Below, piece after piece: positions 48,412 to 56,018 of a stretch of 64,000 nt of DNA (position 1 is its first letter; each line of letters opens with the position of its first letter). Source of the stretch: Phycisphaerales bacterium (lineage in GTDB: Bacteria > Planctomycetota > Phycisphaerae > UBA1845); assembly GCA_020353195.1 (NCBI GenBank), contig CP070691.1, positions 1,457,212 through 1,521,211 of the forward strand, written 5' to 3'. A program made the translations under genes and the position numbers. Below the pieces are notes generated by a model that saw only the letters and a list, made by a program, of their open reading frames with translations, did no database searches and was not told the DNA's origin.

Positions 48412-49989
48412 TCAGGCGGCGCTGCGCATCTCGGCCTGTACGTGCTCACGCGAGGACCGGCGACGCCTCCTTCGCCGCCGGGCAGTCAGCGCGGTCACCG
48501 GTCTGACGAATGGTTTGTAGATCAGATTCTTGTAGAACATCCGCCCGGTGCGGTAGGCGATGTACGCGGCGGGGGCAAAGAGCCTGTTGTCGAGGCACCG
48601 TCGCACCCACCGGTGCAGCGCGAAGTCGATCACCCGATGGACCCACCAGGATGGCACGCCCGCGACACGCAGGGCCAACACGATCCGCAGCCAGATATCC
48701 AGGTAGGAAGCCTGCATGATGTGCTTCTTGCCGGCGTAGGTGAACCGGTAGGCTTCCTCGTGGTGCTCTCCGATCACTCCTTCCTTGCGGGCTCGCTCAT
48801 ACATGGCGCTGCCCGGGTATAGTTGCAGAGGGAAGATCCGGGTCTTGGCGGGACCGCGATGATGGTCCGCCACAAAACGCAGCGTCTCCCGCATGTTGTC
48901 CTCGGGTTCGAACGGATTGGCCACGAGGTAGTGGTACTCGGCGTGTACGCCGTGGTCCGACAGGATCCGGACCGCCCGGGCAATCGTGTCGGTTTTCGTC
49001 GGGCGGTGATAGAGTCTGCGAAGAGTGTCCTCCGATCCGCTCTGGATGCCCATGCTGATCAGGTCGATGGGCAGCCTGGACAGTAGTTTGATCTTCCGAT
49101 CGGTGACGGTGTTTGGGAAGGCGTCGAGGTCCAGAGGCAGATTGACCCGCTCTTCGTAGACCTCCACGAACTGCGCAACCTCCTCCTCGTTGCGGATCAG
49201 GAACAAGTCGTCGATCAGGTTCACCGCTTCGATGCTCGGATACCGTTCGCGAGCGCCCTCGATCTCGGCAATGATGCTCGCGTTCGACCGCTTGCGGACC
49301 CACTTCCCCAGACCCGGCCCCTGGTAGATCCGCATCTGAGTCGAGTTGTTGCAGAACGAGCACGAATAGGGGCACCCGCGAGTGGACGACATCCGATACC
49401 GGCGTAACGCCCCGCGGAGGCGCTTGGGCTCGGCCGGAACCAGTTTGTCCTTGTGCGCCACCCAATGCCCCTTCATGTTGTAGTCCGGGAAGGGGTAGTC
49501 ATCCAGGTCGTCGGTCAGCGGGCACGTGGGGTTTCGCACGAGGTCGCCGTTTCGCAGGTAAGCGAAGTTGCGGGTTCGGGAAGGGTCGCGGCCGGCCTGC
49601 AGGGCCTCGACGAACTCGACCATCACCTTCTCGCCCTCCCCGATGCAAACGTAGTCTGCCACGCGAGCAGATTCCTGTGGGGCGACGGTCGGGTGCGTAC
49701 CCCCCCAGACGATCGGGGCCTTGACCCCGGCCTTACGAATCGCCTCCGTCAACACGCACGACCGGTAGAAGGAATTGGTCATCAGGCTCAGGCCGACCAC
49801 GTCGGCGGGCTGACAACGCTGGACGAAGTCGTCGAGCAGAGGCTGCGCAAAACCCGCCGCGGCCTCGTCCCGCTCGGAACTCATGAACAGCATGGTGACG
49901 TCATGGCCCGCCCGCTTGAGGAAGGACGAAACATATCGCAACCCCAACGCGAGCGGATAGGTGTAGGTGGATACGAGGACAACCTGCAT
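48412..49989 (-). CDS. B12-binding-domain radical SAM enzyme (class B-like)
   Basis: In-frame ATG 49989 of track ORF 48412..50088. It has an N-terminal cobalamin-binding-like Rossmann region (MQVVLVSTYTYPLALGLRY...) and the radical SAM cluster motif TRGCPYSCSFCNN. Confidence 0.85.
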   Translation of the reverse strand: MQVVLVSTYTYPLALGLRYVSSFLKRAGHDVTMLFMSSERDEAAAGFAQPLLDDFVQRCQPADVVGLSLMTNSFYRSCVLTEAIRKAGVKAPIVWGGTHPTVAPQESARVADYVCIGEGEKVMVEFVEALQAGRDPSRTRNFAYLRNGDLVRNPTCPLTDDLDDYPFPDYNMKGHWVAHKDKLVPAEPKRLRGALRRYRMSSTRGCPYSCSFCNNSTQMRIYQGPGLGKWVRKRSNASIIAEIEGARERYPSIEAVNLIDDLFLIRNEEEVAQFVEVYEERVNLPLDLDAFPNTVTDRKIKLLSRLPIDLISMGIQSGSEDTLRRLYHRPTKTDTIARAVRILSDHGVHAEYHYLVANPFEPEDNMRETLRFVADHHRGPAKTRIFPLQLYPGSAMYERARKEGVIGEHHEEAYRFTYAGKKHIMQASYLDIWLRIVLALRVAGVPSWWVHRVIDFALHRWVRRCLDNRLFAPAAYIAYRTGRMFYKNLIYKPFVRPVTALTARRRRRRRRSSREHVQAEMRSAA

Positions 49990-50208
49990 GGCATTATCCC
50001 CCGCTTCTCGGATGGTTGCACGCGGATTGCGAAATGCACGCTGTGCGGTAGACCCGCATCCCGCCCCAGCCGTAGCACCTACCTCCATTCTGACACCGGT
50101 TTCAGCGAGGTCAAGCGGAAGGCTGCGGAGACGAACGCGACCACGGGTTGCCTAGCAGCCTCGGTGCCTGTATACATTAGTGCTTCATTGAACCGTAACT
50201 CGCTCAGG

Positions 50209-52500
50209 ATGGACTCGATCGTGCCCGATTCGTTGAATCTAGTGAAAAACCCTCGCTTCGTGACCGGAAGGCAGGCACCGCGCGCCTGGAGGTGGATCGC
50301 CGGCGACGATGGCTTCACCTGGCAGTGGCTGCCGGGTCTCAACGGCGGCGGCCCCTGCATGGAGATTTCCGCCCCCGCGCCCGGCCAGCGGCAGACCGAC
50401 CGCTCTCGGGCGGCGCCGGCGATGCGCGACGTCTGGTCGCAGCAGGTCCGGTGCGTTGGCAATCAGTACTACCGCGTGGAGGCGACGGTCTCGGTGACTG
50501 AGCCCAAGGCCGACCAGGGCGATCCGGATACGGGGTTGGTCCTGTCAGTGCAGCCTCGCAGGGGAGAAGAGACCCTCGACGATCGGCTGGAGACGCCGGC
50601 GCTCCAGGCGGATTCGGGCACCATCCGTGCATTCTATGAAACACCCGCACGGGCGACCTCCATCGACCTGCGCATCGGGCTTCGCCAGGATGGCGGGCGG
50701 GCGATCATCCACGAGGTGCTCGTGATGCCCATTCTCGACCCGGACAGTACGTCGCACCCGGCGGCTGTTCCGCCGCCTCCCTACGCCTACCCGGCGCCGA
50801 AGCACGTGCAGAGCATCGGCGTATGCGGTGACGTTAGCGAGGACAGGACCCTGGTCCGCATCCTGCGTGCCCGCTACGGAAACGACGCGATCCGGGTGCT
50901 CAGGCCCCAGACCCTGGAGGCCGGGCCCGGTAAGGCAGTGCGGCGAGGCAAATGCGACGCCATCCTCATCGCGGGCGCGCTGCCGCCGGGTATCCGCTCC
51001 GTCGGCGCGCTGCTGGCCCTGGCGGAGCGCCATCTTGTTGTCCTTTCGCCGCAGGCGCTGGCCGGGCTGTCGCGCGGAGCCGTCGAGGTCCGCACGATCA
51101 GACAGAAGGACGATCCGCTCTACGCGACAGTGCAGGAATCCAACTTCATCACGCGCGGGTTCGCGCTGCGCGACTGCTTCCCGTTCGCCGGGCAGGGGGT
51201 CGGTGGTGCCGACCCGCGGGTGTTCGTCCAGCCGCAGTTCCGCTCGGGCCGGGCGTTCACCGGCTTCTGCAGGAAGAACGGCTTCATCACCGTCCTGCGG
51301 AGCGAGACGGATGCGGACGCCACTTCGGGCAAGCCGATCTGTCTGTACAAGGAGACGCCGGGCGGCGGGGTCGTGGTCATGGATCTCGATCCCATCGAGT
51401 CCAAGGCGTCCACCGCAAACGAGCGCAGTCTGGCGGTGTTCCTGCTTCTCAATGCCCTCGGAGCGGAGCAGACTTCGCTGGGCCAGTTTGCGGTCCCGGC
51501 GCGCTCGCACCGCGAGTTCTGGGAACAGATCACCGACTTCGACCAACGGTTTGCGGAATGGACTGTTGACGGGGTCACACCGCCGTACCGCCAGAACATG
51601 CGACCGTACGTGCAGCTCGGCCGCAAAGCCGATGCTTCAGCCGATACGTTCGGGCCGCCTGAGGTCGAAAGACCACTGATTCTGATTCGCACAGGCCTGA
51701 CCGGCGATGACCTCGACGGAGTGTACGGGGCCATGACGTGGCTCAAGAGCCTGGTCTACCCTGTTCCGTATGCCTGTCCCTATGTCAAGATGCTGACGTC
51801 GCGATATCGCATCGCGTGGGTACCGTTGTGCGCCGAATGGCCGAAGGGCACGGGCTGGCGCCGACCGGGCCCGGCGGTGCCGGCTTCTTGCGGCGGCGTC
51901 GAGCCGGGTCCCGTGGCGATGGTGATCGACCTGACGAACGGACCACGCAACGAGCTTCGCGTGCTGATGCAGGGGAAGTCGCCGCTGCGCCGGCGGATCG
52001 AACAGGCGCTCCTTGGTCTGTGGTGGGCCTGCTTCGCCGGGCGCTATTTCGGCTGGTCGCCGGCTGACGGAAGCCCGATGACCGACCAGCGACACTACGT
52101 GTGGCAGATGGACACGTTGGTCCCCCGCATCGAATCCGACGACCGTGTCTTTGCCGACGATTTCTATTCGTCCGCCCGCGCCGCTGGAGCGGACCTTGTC
52201 CGTGTCGAAACCCCGAACTCACCGGCCGATCTTCTGTGCAACTCCATCTGGCGAACGGACCGGGTCGCCACCCTGCTCGAAATTCTGGTCGGCCTGCAGT
52301 GCGGGCTGCTGGCTATGAACCGCCGGCAGTCCGGTCTCGAGTTACCACTGCCCGTCGGCGTCGCGGCCCCCGGCGATGCGCTCCATATCGTGAAAGCCAA
52401 GCAGACCCCAGGCCAGGTGAACGCGTCCCCCGTGCCCGCCTCACGGACCCGTACGGTTACGCTTCACGCCGGCGAAGCGCTGTGCTACTGTCGGAGTTGA
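50209..52500 (+). CDS. Large hypothetical protein (763 aa), no family recognised
   Basis: In-frame ATG 50209 of track ORF 49453..52500. The first 252 track codons are antisense to the radical SAM gene. Strong G/C third-position bias supports coding. No signal peptide or TM segment is seen. Confidence 0.6.
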   Translation: MDSIVPDSLNLVKNPRFVTGRQAPRAWRWIAGDDGFTWQWLPGLNGGGPCMEISAPAPGQRQTDRSRAAPAMRDVWSQQVRCVGNQYYRVEATVSVTEPKADQGDPDTGLVLSVQPRRGEETLDDRLETPALQADSGTIRAFYETPARATSIDLRIGLRQDGGRAIIHEVLVMPILDPDSTSHPAAVPPPPYAYPAPKHVQSIGVCGDVSEDRTLVRILRARYGNDAIRVLRPQTLEAGPGKAVRRGKCDAILIAGALPPGIRSVGALLALAERHLVVLSPQALAGLSRGAVEVRTIRQKDDPLYATVQESNFITRGFALRDCFPFAGQGVGGADPRVFVQPQFRSGRAFTGFCRKNGFITVLRSETDADATSGKPICLYKETPGGGVVVMDLDPIESKASTANERSLAVFLLLNALGAEQTSLGQFAVPARSHREFWEQITDFDQRFAEWTVDGVTPPYRQNMRPYVQLGRKADASADTFGPPEVERPLILIRTGLTGDDLDGVYGAMTWLKSLVYPVPYACPYVKMLTSRYRIAWVPLCAEWPKGTGWRRPGPAVPASCGGVEPGPVAMVIDLTNGPRNELRVLMQGKSPLRRRIEQALLGLWWACFAGRYFGWSPADGSPMTDQRHYVWQMDTLVPRIESDDRVFADDFYSSARAAGADLVRVETPNSPADLLCNSIWRTDRVATLLEILVGLQCGLLAMNRRQSGLELPLPVGVAAPGDALHIVKAKQTPGQVNASPVPASRTRTVTLHAGEALCYCRS

Positions 52501-52565
52501 CGGGTCCTTAGAGCGACCTGCGGTTGTCAATGTGTCGTTTGGCGCCCGGATCGCCCGATCCCGCA

Positions 52566-53441
52566 TTACGAATCCTGCGGCGTGGGAATCGAGGCGGCAC
52601 GGGTCGGGCGATCCATGAAGAACGTGACGCGATGCAGGTCGTTGTCGTCCACGACGTCGCGCAGCATGCGCCGGGCCTCGCGCAGGGGCGTCCGATGCGT
52701 CACGTGGGTCAGGACCACATGCGGGCACCGGAGGCGCCGTAGAACGCCCGGAAGGTCGCGGACGTGCAGGTGTCGGCCCTTGCGGGCGCGAACCACGTGC
52801 GCCGGATCGTAGAACGTGCACTCCAGCAGCAGCACCTCGGCGTTCCGCACCGAATCGAGGTCGAAGTGCTCGCCATCGGCGGTGTCGCCGCAGTAGGCGA
52901 TCACCGGGATTTCGACCCGGTTCTCAATCGCCACACCCTGCCGTTTGAGCTCGACCAGCTGCGGACCCGTACGGTTGGCGAATTCGGGCTTGAGCTTGAA
53001 CCGTTCCTCGATCACCGAGAACCCCAGCGAGCGGGCTTCGTGGTTCACGGCGAAAGCCCGAACCAGCAGATCGCGGCGGAGGCGGACCTCGTCGCCCGGG
53101 AGCACACCCTCGATCGAAGCCGGCGTGGGCCGCCCTTCGATGTCAGCCCAGACACCCATCAGGGCCTGGAAGTGCCGGGCCAGGCCGCGGTGGACGATCA
53201 ACCGCCCGGCAGACGTGCCGATGAACTGGCGATGCGAGAAGTAGTAGGCGATGTTGGCGGCGTGGTCGATATGCCCGTGGGACAGACAGACGTTGTCGAT
53301 CGGGATGGCCTGGCGGGGCGCACGCCCGATGTCGAAGCAAACGTTGAGCTCCGGAGCGGCGATGACGGTCTCTTCACCGGCCAGGGACCGCCCGATCAGT
53401 TTCGTCCGCCCGACGCGCTTCTCCGCCAACTGGGCTCTCAT
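52566..53441 (-). CDS. Metallo-beta-lactamase fold hydrolase (RNase Z-like)
   Basis: In-frame ATG 53441 of track ORF 52566..53615. It has the HxHxDH motif CLSHGHIDHAANI. Confidence 0.8.
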   Translation of the reverse strand: MRAQLAEKRVGRTKLIGRSLAGEETVIAAPELNVCFDIGRAPRQAIPIDNVCLSHGHIDHAANIAYYFSHRQFIGTSAGRLIVHRGLARHFQALMGVWADIEGRPTPASIEGVLPGDEVRLRRDLLVRAFAVNHEARSLGFSVIEERFKLKPEFANRTGPQLVELKRQGVAIENRVEIPVIAYCGDTADGEHFDLDSVRNAEVLLLECTFYDPAHVVRARKGRHLHVRDLPGVLRRLRCPHVVLTHVTHRTPLREARRMLRDVVDDNDLHRVTFFMDRPTRAASIPTPQDS

Positions 53442-53599
53442 GGTCCTCGTACTGTAGGGGCTGGTGCGGGGCTGTCCAGGGGCAAGCCGAAGGACGGCTG
53501 TTGACTCCCCATATCTGGTGGTGGTACCGTAATAGAGCGTCAAGATGTCGCGCACGGCCGTGCAGCCCGCGCGGGGTAGAGTGGTTCGGCGAGCTTCCC

Positions 53600-54100
53600 A
53601 TGCGTTGCCCCGCATGCAACAAGCACAACGCGGACAAGGTGATCGATTCGAGGTCCACCGAAGGCGGCGGCGTCATCCGGCGACGGAGGGCGTGCACCGC
53701 CTGCGGGCGGCGGTTCACCACGAAAGAGCGGATTGAAGAGGAGCTCCGTCTTTCGGTGATCAAGAGGAACGGGGCACGGGTCCCCTACCGCCGGGACAAG
53801 ATTCTCGCCGGTGTGCGGCACGCGTGCTACAAGCTGCCCATCGAACCGGACGTGCTCGAAGTGCTGGTCGACAAGGTTGAGAGCGACATCTTCCGCGACC
53901 ACGACCGTGACGTAACCAGCGAACGGATCGGGGAATACGTGGTAGCCCATCTCCGCAAGCTCAACCACGTTGCCTACGTGCGGTTCATGGCCGTCTACCG
54001 CCAGTTCGACGACGTCGAAGCGTTCATCGAGGAAGTCCGGGACGTGAAGGAGCGGGCGGCCATAGACTCTCCAAACCAGCAATCCCTCTTCTCCTCATAG
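53600..54100 (+). CDS. nrdR: Transcriptional repressor NrdR
   Basis: In-frame ATG 53600 of track ORF 53501..54100. It begins MRCPACNKHNADKVIDSRSTEGGGVIRRRRACTACGRRFTTKERIEE, followed by an ATP-cone. Confidence 0.93.
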   Translation: MRCPACNKHNADKVIDSRSTEGGGVIRRRRACTACGRRFTTKERIEEELRLSVIKRNGARVPYRRDKILAGVRHACYKLPIEPDVLEVLVDKVESDIFRDHDRDVTSERIGEYVVAHLRKLNHVAYVRFMAVYRQFDDVEAFIEEVRDVKERAAIDSPNQQSLFSS

Positions 54101-54338
54101 GGCCGGAATCCAAACCGTGGGGCACGCGCTGCGTGATTGCAGGACCGGCGTTTCAGCCTGCCTTGGGGGCCCTTGGAGAGTCGGTTCCGCGGCGGCTGCT
54201 GAGCCCGCGTCAAGCCCGATTCCCGACGCGCGAGACGGGGGGGCCGGCGGCGGCAAGAGTGCCCCCCTGCACAGAGGGCGGGCCGGGAGGTTGTCGCCAC
54301 CGGACCCTGGGGATACCCTGATCCGGTTGGCGGAAGTG

Positions 54339-54728
54339 ATGCGCAAACGAGGACAGACAGCGGAACCGGTGATCGAGGCCCGAGATCTTGCGATCCGGGT
54401 GGCTCGCCTCGCCAGTGAGCATCGGGCGCAGGAGGTGGCAGTTCTCGACCTTCGGGGTCTGTCGCCGGTGACGGATTACTTCGTCATCTGCTCGGGCACG
54501 TCGGACCGACAGATGCGGGCGGTGTTCGACGTCCTGACCGCCGAGGGCAAGAAGACCGGGTGGGAGCCGTTCGGCTCCGCCGGGTACGAGTCGGCCACGT
54601 GGATGCTGCTGGATTTCGTCGATGTGGTGGTGCACATTTTTGCGCCGGACTATCGCCAGTACTACGACCTGGAGATGCTGTGGGGCGACGCCCCCCGCGT
54701 CGATTGGAACAAGGGTGACGTCGGTTAG
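54339..54728 (+). CDS. rsfS: Ribosomal silencing factor RsfS (iojap family)
   Basis: In-frame ATG 54339 of track ORF 54117..54728. It contains VLDLRGLSPVTDYFVICSGTSDRQ...WMLLDFVDVVVHIF. Confidence 0.88.
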   Translation: MRKRGQTAEPVIEARDLAIRVARLASEHRAQEVAVLDLRGLSPVTDYFVICSGTSDRQMRAVFDVLTAEGKKTGWEPFGSAGYESATWMLLDFVDVVVHIFAPDYRQYYDLEMLWGDAPRVDWNKGDVG

Positions 54729-54803
54729 CCGGTGCGGGCGCCGCCGTGGCTGCGGCGCGCCGGCTTGACCGGCAGCTAACACGCAACACCTCTGTTGCGC
54801 CGA

Positions 54804-55364
54804 ATGACCATGGATGTAGAGAGAATCGAGAAAGCGGTTCGAGATATCCTGATCGCCGTGGGCGAGGATCCCGATCGCGAGGGTCTTCGAGGGACACCCC
54901 GGCGGGTCGGCGAGATGTATGCCGAGCTCTTCAGCGGGCTCGGGACTGATCCGGCGGAGGAGCTGTCCCCCCGATTCACCGCGACCTATGACGAGATGGT
55001 GGTGCTCAAGGACATCCCGTTCAATTCAGTGTGCGAGCATCACTTGATGCCGTTCGAGGGCAAGGCGGGAGTGGCCTACCTGCCCGACGGGAAGGTCGTG
55101 GGCGTCTCGAAGCTCGCCCGGGTGGTCGAAAGCTACGCGCGGCGCCCCCAGCTTCAGGAGCGGCTAACGTCGCAGGTCGCCGACGTGCTGATGGACGCGC
55201 TCGCCCCGAAGGGGGTGGCCGTCGTCGTGCAGGCGGTTCACACGTGCATGACCTGCCGCGGCGTGAAAAAAGCGGGCAGCGTGATGATCACCTCGGCGAT
55301 GCGGGGCCGATGCAAGAGCGACGCCCGCACCCGCGGTGAGGTTCTGGCCCTGCTGCACCCGTGA
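54804..55364 (+). CDS. folE: GTP cyclohydrolase I
   Basis: Track ORF 54795..55364 (TTG). ATG codons are at 54804 and 54810. It contains GEDPDREGLRGTPRRV...SVCEHHLMPF...RPQLQERLT. Confidence 0.93.
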   Translation: MTMDVERIEKAVRDILIAVGEDPDREGLRGTPRRVGEMYAELFSGLGTDPAEELSPRFTATYDEMVVLKDIPFNSVCEHHLMPFEGKAGVAYLPDGKVVGVSKLARVVESYARRPQLQERLTSQVADVLMDALAPKGVAVVVQAVHTCMTCRGVKKAGSVMITSAMRGRCKSDARTRGEVLALLHP

Positions 55365-56018
55365 GTCGGACCCCGCCTGCAGGGCATTCCCTGCGTGACG
55401 CACAGCGGTGCGTTGCCCCCGAATCCGCCGCAGAGGCCCCAACCCCCGTATGCACCGGGACTTGAACGGATCCGGGCGGTGAGTGCTCGTGGGAGCAGGC
55501 CTGAGCTTTCGCCACTGAGCGGGTGGGTTTCCCGGATTCCGGCCGGGATCGCCCCCACCGCCGGCGGGCCCCGGCTGCTTGATCCGCAGAACCTGCGTGA
55601 TATACTACGAGCCCGGCGGGTGTCAGCAGGATCATGTGGGATCATGGGGTTGGACGGTGCGGCATCCGCAGCGCATAACGGCGGTTGATCGCTGGTATGA
55701 TCAATAGGAACGGCTCCGGGTCGATGACACGCGTGACATGGTAGCCCAGGATACGCGCATAGGTCGGGCTGACCTTGGCGGCGGGCTTCCGCGTGGAAGG
55801 GCTCTGTGTCGTTTTTCTTTTGGCCGGGTCGGCTTGCGGTTGGCCGGCATGGGCAAGCGGTGGGCGGCACGGCCTGACGGAGCAGGCGGCGGGCGAGGGG
55901 AGCGGATCGCCTTTCGGGGCGATGGGCTTGCGCGGCGGCACGAGAACCGAGCCTGCCCGTCCGAGTCCGGAGGATCAGCGGCGCGCGCACACACCGCGCC
56001 GACAAGAGCGGGAGGTGC

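Noticed and set aside
49453-50208. The 5' extension of the 1015-aa track ORF 49453..52500.
   Set aside because: The first 252 codons are antisense to the radical SAM gene, which has a clear CxxxCxxC motif. I trimmed the CDS to ATG 50209, after the divergent intergenic region.
49990-50208. Cobalamin riboswitch in the 5' region of the B12-binding radical SAM gene.
   Set aside because: The minus-strand reading has a weak GAAACCGGTG...GTCAGAA resemblance. It has no B12 box (GCCACTG / AGYCAGGAGACCTGCC type) and no matching helices.
55449-55530. Possible tRNA gene on the minus strand (TTCAAGT T-loop, GCTCAGTGG D-loop-like string).
   Set aside because: The T-stem is interrupted by 4 nt. No 5' acceptor strand complementary to TGCATAC exists at the right distance, and the D-arm does not pair. 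At most this is a decayed fragment. It is kept only as part of the spacer finding.
55642-55941. Minus-strand 99-aa ORF whose C-terminal part (SPTYARILGYHVTRVIDPEPFLLIIPAINRRY) looks somewhat protein-like.
   Set aside because: I see no recognisable family and no RBS. The N-terminal two thirds are Pro/Ala/Lys-rich low complexity. That is not enough support to call a CDS.
55400-56018. T-box leader for thrS.
   Set aside because: There is no AGGGTGGNACCGCG T-box sequence and no obvious specifier or terminator-antiterminator arrangement. GGGTGGGTTTCCCGG at about 55521 does not fit.
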